DNA of 64,000 nucleotides from positions 70,618,001-70,682,000 of the forward strand of contig OZ024747.1 in the NCBI GenBank assembly GCA_964016885.1. The letters run 5' to 3'. A program made the position numbers and the translations under genes. The notes below the pieces were generated by a model. That model was given only the letters and a program-made list of their open reading frames with translations, did not search any database and was not told the origin of the DNA. This stretch comes from Eledone cirrhosa (taxonomy: Eukaryota). Shown here piece after piece: positions 10,746 to 24,380 of the stretch (position 1 is its first letter; each line of letters begins with the position of its first letter).

Positions 10746-11101
10746 GGGTCATGTTGCCAATAAGAAACACACGCACCAGTTGCTTTCACTTCAATTTATT
10801 ATAAATTAAATTTATAAATTTAGGAATTTATAAATTTCCGATTGGTTGGTTGGTTCCACAACCAGACGATTGTTCATATATTGTCAAAGTTATTTTGTCA
10901 CACATTCTGTGACCTCTTCAGTGACTGGGGATTCTTTTCTTTGTTTTTGTGCCTCTCTTTTGTTCTGTCCTACGCCATCTTGTTTTTGTGGAACCAACCA
11001 ACCAACCGGAAATTTATAAATTCCTAAATTTATAAATTTAATTTATAATAAATTGAAGTGAAAGCAATTGGTGCGTGTGTTTCTTATTGGCAACATGACC
11101 C
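10746..11101. repeat. Inverted-repeat element with 116-bp arms and 124-bp spacer
   Basis: GGGTCATGTTGCCAATAAGAAACACACGCACC.. (10746-10861) versus ..GGTGCGTGTGTTTCTTATTGGCAACATGACCC (10986-11101), about 2 mismatches. No clear TSD. Confidence 0.85.
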
Positions 11102-12795
11102 TCCCAAAGTATAACAATATCGGTTTCAACACACGTTTTCAGATAAAGAATCTTGCTAAACAAATTCAGAAACGAAATATATATATATATAATATATACA
11201 CACTCATATTTAGTTCAATACATCACAAAGGTAAGCCAAATTTAAAATGTAAAAGCTAATCAAATAAACAAAAAGGGAAAAAAAATTGTGATAAAAGAAG
11301 ACATGGTTGATAAAATATTTGCACATAAATAAGAACAGTAAGTGTGTATAGTAGAAATATTTATATTGAATAGAAACTCAAGAAATATAACGTTTCAGGT
11401 GAAACCCTTTATCAAATTAGATTAAGATGTAAGACAAAACTAGAAATGATATCATGCTGGAGATATGATGCATTTGCATGGTCACAAGCTTGCTTGGTAA
11501 AGTGGTTCATTTTTCTACATGCCGTGGAATGATAAACAAAAGCCATCAAAGGGCAGAAGAACTCAAAAAAGTCAACAGTCATCCAATACAGGTAAACAGA
11601 GCTCGTTAGCCTTGCTTGGTCAAACTTGCCTCCCAGTGTAGACAACCCGTCTAACCCATGAAAGAATGAACGTTAAACGGTGATAAGGATGATATATATA
11701 TATGTGTGTGTGTTTACATATATATATATATTAATATATACGGAGAGAGAAAGAGATAGGGTTGATTTTGTTCTAAAAAGATTTTATTGAAATTCACAGC
11801 ATTTTAATGTTCATTTATCTACCTTGCATATACCTTTTGAGAATTTCAGAAAATCCTGCCTGTTTCACTTGTTATTAAATTATTCATGGATGAAAATAAA
11901 ATGTTTTTGTTTTCTATAACAGAAGTTGAACATTTACATATTATTTATAGAATTTCTTTATATTTCCTCCAATTGAGAATGTTAAATATGTGTTTGTCTT
12001 CACCTGGAAATATACAAAGAAAGTATCTATTGAAGTGTTAAAATAAGGAATCAAAATATATGTAAAAATAAGGTTAATACTTTTCTTAAACTTCATCACT
12101 TTTGTGATAATTCCTTCAAGAAGTATAAGCAATATAATCTGTGATAAGATTTCATGGGTTGATTGTTTCTGGCTAAAACATATCTCTATAGAAAATGGGC
12201 TACAAACTCTTGCCATTTGCTTTCTGTTCCTTTGCCAAGCAAATCTCCATTTGCTTAAACTAATCTCCTATTTCCTGTCTACTTGATCTTTGATGTTATA
12301 TTCTCACCATTATCCAAACTGCAAAAGCCTTTATCACCATATCCTTAATCATGAAACCCCCACCTTTTAACAAATCTTGTATTATCCCTGACTTTAATTC
12401 TCTTATCCCTGTTAAATGCTTTTAATACAGTCTGCCAAATATTTGTCGAATATCAAGCATAACCAGAAAGGCCACTTGAGGTCACCATAACACAAGCATG
12501 GGTTAAATGTGTCTTTGATGAATGTTATGTGTAAATCACTGTTATGGCTGCAATTCTGTCATAGAGAGTTTTGTTACAAAGATATAGAACTTAATAATAA
12601 TTAAGAATATTTGTTTAATTCCTATGTGATAATATAAAATATGCATGATGTTTGCTAGAATATCTCCTTATATCTATATGGCTGCTGGCCAATTTGTTTT
12701 CTGTCTAAGCTATAGTGATCAACTGTTGTTACAGTTAATTTCAGCATTTGGGATTCCCACATAGTCATATATGTATCTTTATATATATATGTATC

Positions 12796-12836
<41 letters not shown>

Positions 12837-13394
12837 GTGTATATATATTATTCCCACCATGCATTCCCACATCGATAGTGCTACATTGACCTCTTTAGGT
12901 CACAAGATACTCTACACATAGAGGCTAAGTACTAAACTCTGCAAGCAGTCTTGTAGCTGGCAAGGCCAATGAAAATGATGCACACTTCCGAGATTGCTTA
13001 AGTAATCACAGTTTGATGTGCACTAGCAACTGCAATAAACATGATACATTGGAAGCAACATTGGTCTAGGTAATTAATAATTTAATCCTTTGACTTTGTT
13101 GTTTCCAGCTAAATCTAAAGAGTCCACTCTGATTCAAAAATTCATTTTTTGTCTCATCAAATGTGATGACTGAACTCTGGCCAATTAATATTTTACATCC
13201 TTCAGTCTATCATATTACCAACTTTGTTGTACCTGTAAAATTCCATGTGATGAGGACATGCCTGCCTAAGTTATTTCAGAGACACCTGTCAATTGTTATG
13301 TAACAATTGACAGGTGCCTCTGAAATGTGCATAACATTTGGTTTTTAAATAATTTGAAGTATGGAAAAGTAGAACATGCCCCCATATATATATA

Positions 13395-13568
13395 AGGAAA
13401 ATAGTCAAGACCCCGACGCCAGAGCTCAAGCCATTTTGAAGGCTATTTCTGTCCAGAAATAGCCGTTGAAACGGCTTGACTCTTTTCCTTTTACCCACTC
13501 TTCTACCCAAAGTATCGAGTACTCTGGTGCGTTATAGTTCTCCTGGTTCCTTACCACACTTCCTTCAT
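13395..13568. mobile_element. Fold-back element family A, copy 3 (opposite orientation)
   Basis: GTATCGAGTACTCTGGTGC..CCTGGTTCCTTACCACAC tail before (TA)n. Hairpin GGCTATTTCT-gtcc-AGAAATAGCC. Confidence 0.7.
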
Positions 13569-13605
<37 letters not shown>

Positions 13606-14322
13606 CACAGTGGGATTTGAATTCTGAATCTCTGAATCCAAAGAAACAGAATAAATACCACAAAGCCTCCTAATCCTCCACCCTTTACTGCCACTTTATT
13701 GATTGACCCTGAAAAAATGAATGCCAAAGATGACCTGAGCTGGATTTGAACTCAGAATGCAAATAGCTGGAGTAAATGCAGCAAAACATGTTATAGTTCT
13801 TTAATACTTATGCCAATCTGATGCCTAGATATCATATTGGTGCATGATATTTTAAATTATCTTTTTAGATAATATATGTATATGTGTACAGGAACATCTG
13901 TGTGGTTAATAAGTTTGTTTTGCAATTGTGTGCTTCAGGGTTCAATTATACTGTATAACATATTTGGCTGGTGTTTCAGTACCCTGTGAGTGGAATTTGT
14001 AGATGGTTAACTGTGTAAAGGCCTATAGCTTATGTAGTATGTATGTATATGTGTGGGTGTATTTGTGTTTATATAATTCACAGAATACTACCAATTAAAA
14101 CAAAATCAGTGTTGAACTGCAATGATAGCCTAGACAGTTAGTAAACTATAGAATGATAAAGTAAATACTTGGCTAAAATAAAAACTGGAATGACTGTGAT
14201 TGGCTAAAACCATGCTGAAGTTAATGACCAAGCATGGCCAGAGTCCAATGACTGAAACCAGTAAAACATTATATGGACGTATGTGGTGTTTTTTTAAATT
14301 ATTTCCCCCTTCCTCCCCCTCT

Positions 14323-14325
<3 letters not shown>

Positions 14326-14380
<55 letters not shown>

Positions 14381-14403
14381 GTGTATATATGTGTCTGTAT
14401 TTG

Positions 14404-14459
<56 letters not shown>

Positions 14460-14468
14460 TGTGTATGC

Positions 14469-14509
<41 letters not shown>

Positions 14510-14590
14510 TATGTATATATATACATAGGGGAAGAGGGACAGAGAGAGAGTCAGAGAGGGAAAGAGATAGATTGATAGATAGATAGAGAG
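14326..14590. repeat. Compound (TA)n/(CA)n/(GA)n microsatellite
   Basis: Directly visible. Confidence 0.95.
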
Positions 14591-17500
14591 TTATTTGTCT
14601 ATATATATCTCTAAATGAATGTCAACTTGTCCATCTTGCTTTGAACAGAATGATGGTTTAACATAAGAATGACAGTTTCCAAATCACTGGACTCTAAATT
14701 CAAACTTTTCTAGAAATATGCAAACACACACAGAAATATACATATGCACAATTATTAATATACAAGTAAGGTATACACATATTCATATACATACACACAT
14801 ACACCTACATATACATAGACACACATATGTATGTTTATGATTGTATTAGCCAGCATATGTAATATATTCCTGTTGTGTCTTGTTAGTTTAGTCGCTGTCG
14901 GAAAAATGTCACATAATATTTTAGTAGTTCAGCAAATGATAGTAAGACATATATATTTCAGTGACAACAGTGCGTTTATTATATGTGTGTTTGTCTGTGT
15001 ATGTGTGCATTTGTACATGTTTATATGGTTTAATGCACAAGTGCGTGTCTGTATTTATATATATGCGTATATAAGGTATGTAGCATATAACAGTATCTTG
15101 TAATAGACTGTAGTGCTGTTAGTATGGAATGTACATTTCACTATAAATTCTTGTCATGCTTTTGTTCACCAAGTGGGCACATTTCAAAAGATTATAATAG
15201 CTGCTGACCAAAGTGGAATTTGTCCAGAGGGGACATAGTATGAAGAATAAAACATGTTAACTGAATTTTATGAGGAACCAAAAGTTGTTCTGGCAACTAA
15301 CTGTCTGATGCACCTAAACAATAGCAGGGTGGTAACTAAAGCATTGACTAAATTAATGAAGATTACCAAGTTGATAAGTCACATTGATATTCTACCAATA
15401 GGAACTAAATATTGTGACCTCTATGTAGTCAATGAAAGTGCTAGAAATAGTAGCAAAATCTTCCTCAAATCATGCCCTACAATATTTTTGACAAAAAGGA
15501 CGCATAGTATATGGGATCCTAGATACATTGTCTGAAAAAAAGGGGATGGATGGCCATTTGTTATGAATTCTTTATATTTTTATTAATAAAATATTTTTAT
15601 TAGCATTAAAAAAAAAAGTTTATAAAATAAATATTATCAGTCATCTTTCAAGTGATACAGGGTAGAGAACAACAGCAACAAACATTAGATACAAGCCAAA
15701 AAGGTTACTTGACATGCTAGAAATAGCAGCCAAATCTCTTTCAAAATCCTACACTACAATCTTAAAAAGAAGAATCCTGTGTAGGTTTAACACATAAAGA
15801 CAGAATGATCCCAGCTTGAATACCTCAGTTCATATGCTTGCTTGATCATGACTGAGCTGGAACTAAACATCAACAAATTTCAGTAACAAGACACTATATA
15901 GGAACAATGGTTAATGTATGTCCATATACTCTATGTAAGGAAAACAACAAAGATAGGTTGACATGACTGGAATACCATCTGTTTGATCAGAGTTCATTTG
16001 AGACTAAACAACGAAAACTATAAATCTAAGGACACAGCTTAATGAAGGGACTTCATCATTTTGTTTTGTTGTTTTTTTTGTTACTGGATAACCATAATCA
16101 TAGGTATTTCAAACGTGACCTCATTTTATATGGGTATATAGGATGGCACTACATATGAACTTTGTGCTTTTATGATAGGATTATAATTTAGGGAAATTTG
16201 GTTGCTAACTATAGCGAATCAAGTACTCTTACTAAGGGTTACTTGTTGGCATATGTTTGCTCAACCTGTTAGATATAGCCTGCAAATTTCCTTTAATTTA
16301 CTCATCTGTATTTTTGCCCTCCAGTGATAAAATCGTTATTTTTCTCTCTCCATAGAAGAACCAGCATAAAAAATGTCACTTCTTTCCTTCAATATAAAAC
16401 ATATTTGAATTATTTGTATTACTTTTGTCAGAATCAAAACATCGTTTGTTTACTCTGATTCTACTGTCTACGTCATTGTTTTTCAATGGGCTGTGTAATA
16501 ATCATCTTATTCTCCAATATTCAAAGAATATTAATCAAAGTTGTTTTTATATTCTACGAGAGAACATGCAGAAAAATAAATTCTAAGTAAAGATGAAATG
16601 GCAGGTATCATATTAAAAAAATTTTTTTTTTTATGTTGTAGAGTTAAGTGCCATTTAAATGTCTGTGTATATCACTTCATACACATGGTAGCTGAAGAAG
16701 GTAATTTGCAAATAAATCCCAGAAACCAAATTGAATACATAATCTATGCACAAGCATATCTGTGAGGTTTAGAAAGTAACTTTGTATCCATGCAGTTTTT
16801 GGTTTGATCCCAATGAGCAATACCTAAGAAAAGGGTTTTAGCTGTAGACCTAGGTTGACCAATGCTTTGTGAATGGTATTTTGTAGATTAAAACTGAAAC
16901 AACTTGTAAATATATATGCTAGTATAAATCAATGCAATGAGCTGTGTCCTTTAATTACACAAGATAGCATAGAGATTTGATGAATAGGGATCAATAAAAT
17001 AAGCACTAAACTTAAATAAACACTGGAGCAAAACTGGTTGACTAAAATCCCTCGAAGTTGGTATCCCATCTTGGCTGTTGCCCAATGACTAAAACTAGTA
17101 AATAAACACTACAACTTGCAAAACTTGCATCTACAATTTCATAGATGGATGGCTGTGTTGCCTAATCTTGTTTTTTTTTTTGCAGCGGGGGTGATTGAAT
17201 GCGCTCATTAGTGCTAGGTCTAGAGAGGTAGATACAATATGGGTAATACAAGGAGGAGGGACAAGGAAGTTTGTATACCTGAGAAATGAAAGTCATTCTT
17301 TGTTCTGGTGGAAATTGAGATCATAACATTGATTGGCAATAGCACTAATACATCTTGATTCAGAATAAAGATGTATATTAACCCAAACCCATTATGTTTA
17401 CATATAATAAACATATATTTAGTTTCACTGTGATTAATTTAAGTTGTGATTATGTCATATCAACCTCAGCATTAAAGTGAGGTGGTGGATGCATTTCACT

Positions 17501-18569
17501 GTCATTACAGTTTGTCAGCATAGGCTTACTGATACCTAGATGCATGGAAAATAATCTATAAGCATTTACAGCATAAGCTAGCCATTGCTGAGGAATTGGA
17601 AACACTGAAATACACACACTGATATTCCTTTCATATTTAGGCATCAGTGATATGGTCCCAGCTTCAAATATTCATAGGGAGCATAAGTCTATGTTTCTTA
17701 TATGTAAACATATTGTATATGGGTTCACATGTCCCTATAGTCAGAACATTGAAGAAATGAAATAGTTAAGTAAAACATTCAATGCAGTTATGCTTGCTAA
17801 ACAATCGCAACTTTATATTAATTTGATGTTTACAAGAGCTGGGTTTCCCAGGCAATCAGCCAATTAAGTATTAATGGGGCTCAACGTTGCTTGACTTTAG
17901 TTATTGAATGAGAATCAGTGCTGTCAACATGGTATGCAGCTTGTTAACAACAATCTGAACACCTTTCTTTATCATGCCATGTGTCCATTTCTCTATGTGA
18001 ATTTTGGAGTCTGCCAAGCTATCAATTTATCTATATTTTCTATCAATGTCAACTACTTTTTAAAATACATTTGCAGCAAAACAAAGCATCATATAGATTG
18101 TGGTGAAAATTAAGTGAAACAAATTGTTTTGCATAGCACCAAGTCAGTAATCATTGAGATGTTAAGGTATGGCTTTGATTGAGCAAAGGCATTCCAGACA
18201 TGATTATCCCATTTTTTCTCTAAGTAGAGTGAATCGAGGACCATATTAACCAACAAATTGTTTCTTTTCTAAGACAGTGGTATATGATTTTAGAGAGATT
18301 TTTCTTTCTAGCATACCATACAATCACATAGACAAAGCTAAATTTCCATAAGTCAATGAAGAAGGCACCATATGATCATCTGACCTGCTAGAGATAACAG
18401 CTAAATTTCTGTCAAAACACACCCTACTCTCTTATAAAAGGACACAATGGATATTGTTATATTGTTATTCGATTTCCTTTCTACTTACTAGGATTTTAGT
18501 TTGCCAATTTGACGTTAATGCCTTTCAATTCTAGATTTTGCTTTTAGGTCTGGAATTTCTTCTCTTATT

Positions 18570-18870
18570 CTGCTACAAGGACTAGATCAGTGGCATATAG
18601 GTGTTCCCATATGGCCTGGATGACAATAATAACCAGAAGAGGGTTCAGAGCAAAGCCCTGGTCATCTGCATACTAAATTTCTCACTATACTAAAAATTAA
18701 CATAAACCTTAATAACTATACATCTTTTTACATAGCTTGTCACCCCAACAAGCAACTCATCTATCCCTAGTTTCCTAAGAGCTATCCAAATAATTGAATG
18801 GATAACCCTGTTATATACTTTCTCCAGGTTGGCATACAGACCCAGTGTGTTCCCTCTATATGCTACCAAA
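18570..18870 (-). mobile_element. Degraded LINE reverse-transcriptase fragment
   Basis: Minus strand reads approximately DQGFALNPLLVIIVIQAI, resembling the QGSALSPLLF motif of RTE RTs. Confidence 0.45.
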
Positions 18871-20856
18871 AATTTGGATCAGCTCAGACTATAGGAATTC
18901 CTTTGTGTGTTTTTTTAGAATGTGAAAATCCCCAAAGACAGTTTTAGTCTTGAAATTGCAAATATAATTTCAAGTTGTTTGAAGTTGTTTCACCACTCAC
19001 CACATTTAGAATGGGAAACTATTTGTAAGCTCTGAAAAAAAAAATATATATATATAAAGAGAAAGAGGGAGAGAAAGATTTATATCTGCATTTGTGTTTA
19101 CACTGATCTAAAAATTATTGTTGTTTATTAGGTTGTCCCTATTTGTGAACAGAAACTTAGGGGTTCAACAAATAAGGATTGATTAAATAAGCATCTGGCT
19201 GAATATAAACTGGAGGTTACACGATTGACTAAAACTCTTGAAGGTAGTGCTTCAACATGGCTGCAGAATGATGACTAAAACCAGTAAAAGATTAATGACT
19301 TAACATTAATTATCATATTCATTAATAACTATGAGATTGGAAGTTATCGTTGGATATTATTCAGTTTTATATTATAATAATAACAAGTTACTGCCATATT
19401 TCTCAGTTTAGTTAAATAAATCCATATGTACACCTCTGTACTGAATACTCTTTAGTTTTCATTAGCAAGACAGTCCACTAGAATTTGAAGAAAATTTAAT
19501 CAATCAGATACAAATTGACATTTCTTTAAGCATTCATAATTCAAATTATAACAATAAAATTTTAAATTGACTATATTAGTTCTTCACTTAATTGCACTCT
19601 TTTAGGGGTAGCATGCAATTTCTGGAAGAATTTTCATTTTTCATTATATTTCTCTAAGAGTGAAAATTACCACTTTCATTAATATAAATGGCAACTGAAT
19701 AATAAGCATGCTAGGTTTATTCTAAATACATTACCAATTCAAATGCAATCCTACATTTTCTGACTTTACTTACTGAATATTTTAGAATTTCTGTTAGTCT
19801 AACTTATTGTATGATGGGAGCAGTTGGTTTCCAAAATGTGAATTCAACAATAATTTTATGCCTAATGGTCAATGTACCTAATGCAAATATCATAACATTG
19901 TTCAATGAAATAAGTGATATACAATGTGTATTAAAAATACCGTACTGAACATTGTAAGATGTACTTGAACATTGCCTTATAAAATAGAGACATAGCATAC
20001 ACACTGTATATTTAAACTATAATAAAGGAAGGTCTGCAGGATTGCGTACGGTTTATTATTTTTTATCCCGTTTGTAAAATAAGTTGGATTACTTTGAATA
20101 AATAATGAATGAATATTACATAATTTATCTACTCAATTTCGTAAACAAAAATAATTTTGTAAAAATAAATAATTTAAAATTGACTTCTTTTCAAAGTTGC
20201 ACTTCCAGTATATCGTCGCCACCACAACCACTTCAACTACAATATATATAGAAAGAGAGAGCGTATGATGTCAACACTTCTGGAGGCGATCGTTTAAATA
20301 AACATACTAATTTTCTTCTAATGCAGTTTATATATAATATCGTCTTTTTTAATGTATCATGGATTACTTTACTGAATACATGAGACAGTCTTCGTTCAAT
20401 TTCTGTGTATATTGTCAATTACGATTTTATTTGATGTATCATGTATATATACCTGTGTATAATATCAATATACACACTACACATGCTAGCAGAATAATGA
20501 CTGCAGATAATGTAAAATAAATAGAAAAACTCATTGAAAATACTCATCCAAAAATATTAATTCCAAACATTTGAACTTATCTATAGAAAAATATAAACAT
20601 ATCTAGACCATGAGAAGTAATTGATATTATACTTATAACTTGCACTACAGGAAATACCTTTCATCCACTATCAACTGGAAGTCACTGCATTTTCAATACC
20701 CTCCAATAATATCACTTTTAACAGCATTACAGAGCAACTGTAATGTTAACATGGGAATATCTGAGATGCTTTACCCACAGTGCAGCACACCTTCAGATAA
20801 ATAAAACATTACTTGAAATTAAACTTTTACATTGTATTATGATGGTGTAATATAAA

Positions 20857-21420
20857 TCATCATCATCATCGTTAATGTCTATCTTCCATGCTAGCATGGG
20901 TTAGACAGGAATTTTCCCACTTGAGACAAGATTAATGGTGATTGAGTTTCACTCGTATAAGACTGTATCTGGCAGGTTTTCTACCGCTGGATGCCCTTCC
21001 TAATACCAACCATATTTACAGTGTGGACTGGGAGCCTTTTTACCATGTCTCCTACACGACCACTTTACAGCATGGACTGGGTGCTTTTTGTTGTGACACC
21101 TACATGACCACTCTAGTTTACACTGGATGTTCTGTGTGACCAACATAACTTTACAGAGAAAGGGGTGGTGTTGGTAGGAGTGGGAGGATGGAGTAGGAGT
21201 AGTGGGTTGGGGTGTATATTTGGTTAAGAGGTGCCTACTGACTGTAGATTTAACTTTGTATGTAAGGAAGGCGGGTCTTCTGTATTACTGCATAGTGCCA
21301 AAGGTATCCATCAAGTGACATTGTCTTAGAGAGGTGTAAGTGTGCAAGGTCAGATTTTATCATGTCATCCCAGGTTTTTCTGGGTTTACCTACTCCATAA
21401 TTATCGATGTCAATAGCTTC
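20857..21420 (-). mobile_element. RTE LINE subfamily 2, older 3' fragment
   Basis: (CAT)n tail, GGATGCCCTTCCTAATACCAACC, and GTGACATTGTCTTAGAGAGGTGTAAGTGTG, matching 57601-58110. Confidence 0.85.
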
Positions 21421-22204
21421 AGTATTTTTTCAGGGTTAATAAATCACCAAAAATTACAAATATTATCTTCCTCATGATTATAATGTGATATGTACTCAGT
21501 TACCTGTATTTTACAATTTTACTTCATCAGATATAACAATTGTAAACATTGATCCAAATAAATTGGTTAAATTTAAATTAGACCTTACATAACACTCACA
21601 TTGGAGTTAGTGAAATAACAATGTGATTTGAAAATATAATGTTTTCAATGTAAAACGGTATATCAAATAAAAATTGAAATGTAAAATATTAAAATAAATT
21701 GAATAGATTCCTCCTTGACATATAAGGGGAATTATATCATTTGTAGAGATAATAGTACTGTGAAACTTGCAGCACTTTATTTACATTTGTTTTTGGTGAA
21801 TTACTCAGTAAATGTTGGACAAAATCTGAACTGTAATGTCTGACATATACAGCAAAGAAATGATGTTATGAAGACGAGGTATGCACAGAGATTTGAAGAG
21901 ATGTCCAAATAGGAGATAAGAATGACAACAGAAGAAAAAGGAAATGAAACACGTGAAGGGCAATTTATGGGTGATGTTGAATGTAGCTGTTGGTACAAAA
22001 TTGGCATCAATGAGCTTTTAGAATTCTATTGATCTTCCTTGTACTTGAAATTTGAAGGGGTTGGTCAAGTTTCTCACTGCCACTTTATATATACTCAAAA
22101 TAGCTCATTATTTATTGATGATTTAATAAAGAAATTCTACCAGTCATATATATATAAATATAAATATAAATATATATATATATAATATAATATATATATA
22201 TAAT

Positions 22205-22240
<36 letters not shown>

Positions 22241-23456
22241 GTGTGTAAGAATATATGCTCTTGTTTTGTGTGTGCATTGTATGTTCAGCCAAACGACTCC
22301 AGGATGTGAACTTAATATCCAATTTACTTGAAGCAATATTCCAGAAAATTAACTGGATTAATCTGATTTAATTGCTCTTCAGATAGTAATTCTAAAATTT
22401 GTATAATTAACTTTCTTCTTTCATTGCAACAGCTTTTGAGAACATATGAGATCAATGCTAAGGTTTCATATTTCTACTGTGATTAATGGTCCTTACTTTA
22501 GTGGATTTTTTTTATTGTTGAAGATATCTCCATCTTCACCATCTTCTCAAAGTCATTTATTAATATCAATGCTAACAGCAAAAATTCCATCTTACCATGG
22601 CAATTAATCAGTCCAAACTAAAGCTAATTAGTAAACTTAAAGATATGTCCTTTTGGCCTAAAGGATAAACTGTAAGCTTCTAGTTGCAAAAGAAAGTTCA
22701 AACCCGAACAACATTAGAAGGTTTATTGCATGTGTGTTGTGAGCATGTAAAATGTAATGAGAAGGCTAACAATGTGTTCTTATTGATAGATATCAAGTTT
22801 TAATCATTTCTTTTAATGTAGTTCCATACTGAAAGGAATTAACCCTTAACTCACTATAAGAACTTAGATGCTTGAAATGTAATTTATGAGCATCATTAAG
22901 AAATACAATCCTCCTTGTCAAGCATACTAAAATTTTCAAACTATGCTGGAAAAGAAATGCAAAGCAGAATTAAAGTTAGGATTAATAACCAATTTGATTT
23001 AATTTCCTTTAAAGAAACATAGTCTCTTTCTGCCAACATTGATCAAATCATTCTTGAAAGGTAAATCTATCATTGTACAGTTGATGTAATGAAGAAGACT
23101 TATTTTACTACATATGTTTCAAAATGTCTATTAATAACATAATTATATTTTTATTAAAATCATTTCAATATAGAATGTAACAACTGTTTTTTTGTTATTT
23201 TGCCCCCATGTTAGCAAACAGATCAATGATAATTCTAATCATGACCATATCGTTGTTTTTTAAATAGTGTGTTTCTAACAACAGTTTATAATGTATTTTT
23301 CTATAAAGATGTGGTGTCAGAAATATTTGGTTACCTCATTATTTTGGCTAATCAGAACAAATTAATTTCTTCAACTCTATTTTTGATGAAGGCATTTTAT
23401 CATGAAATATTAAGACCTATTAAATAACTCTAAGTTACCATTTCAATATCTTTTGT

Positions 23457-23518
23457 ATAATTATTTTTAACAATTAATGTCCTATTCATAATTATTTTTA
23501 ACAATTAATGTCCTATTC
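23457..23518. repeat. Exact 31-bp tandem duplication
   Basis: ATAATTATTTTTAACAATTAATGTCCTATTC present twice. Confidence 0.9.
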
Positions 23519-24159
23519 ATATTGCTGTAGCCTTCCAGTAAAACATATCATTTTCTAAAGTTCTTTTAGTTTAAACATTGTTTTCAAACAGTGGATATAA
23601 TTGTCAACTTATCTTGTAAAAGTAGGAGTGCTAATTCACTTTTTCTCACTACTTAAAAGTACTGTTGCAAAATTTCTTTTTTAAACTATAAGAAAATTTA
23701 AAAATTGTTATTTCATGGAGAAATTTTCTATGTTATAGAAATTTTTCAACTGGATTATCTGTGCCTCATACATAATTCAGTTTCTGATAAAGACTTTGTG
23801 CAGTTATCTGCATGCACTATTTCCAAAGAATCGTGCAAAGAAAACTGCATACACCTGTTTGGAATTGTATTTATTTAAATTATACTGTACATACCTTTAC
23901 ACTTTATATATAATCACCTACATATCAATAATCAACATTAAATCTATATGTAGAAATTATGTTTTCTTTCTTTAAAAAAATAAGCTTTTGTGACACCTTA
24001 TCTCCAGGTAGCTGAAAACAATTAATCCCTTACCTTCTATTGCTCTCTGCCGTAGGTAATGATCCAACAAGTGAGAAGAGAAGGAGACAATAATGATAAA
24101 AGCAATGATGAGTAGGAACAAAAAGACATAAGGCTGGTGATGATAACTCAGAGAAGAAA

Positions 24160-24380
24160 ATAATTGTTTCCAATTTAGGCACAAGGCCAGCAATGTCGGG
24201 GGAGGGCCAAGTCGATTAAATCGACCCCAGTGCATTACTGGTGCTTTATTTTATCAACACCATAAGGATGAAAGTCAAAGCTAACCTCGGCAGTTTGAAC
24301 TCAGAATGTAAAAGGCCATAACTCTATGCTGCAAAGCTTGGTGTCTGTCGCTCTACCGTACTGCCAATCCACCACCCTTC
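24160..24380 (-). mobile_element. tRNA-derived SINE, family 1
   Basis: Reverse complement of 29760-29953: TTGTTTCCAATTTAGGCACAAGGCCAGCAAT..TAAGGATGAAAG..TTTGAACTCAGAATGTAAA..CGCTCTACC. Confidence 0.75.

Noticed and set aside
11385-11420. Minus-strand TTGATAA-agg gtttca cct-GAAA-cg-TT
   Set aside because: Core and stem II fit but stem I has only 2 bp, so it is not listed as a feature.
11945-12003. Possible minus-strand terminal exon (tttccag|..EDKHIFNILNWRKYKEIL*) with downstream AATAAA
   Set aside because: Good acceptor, but I cannot recognise the peptide or find compatible upstream coding exons. Needs RNA-seq or BLASTX.
16302-16585. Possible minus-strand first coding exon
   Set aside because: The ATG at 16353 hits TAA after five codons, and the donor is weak.
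20030-20300. Slight CpG enrichment suggesting a promoter
   Set aside because: Too few CpGs and no linked gene model.
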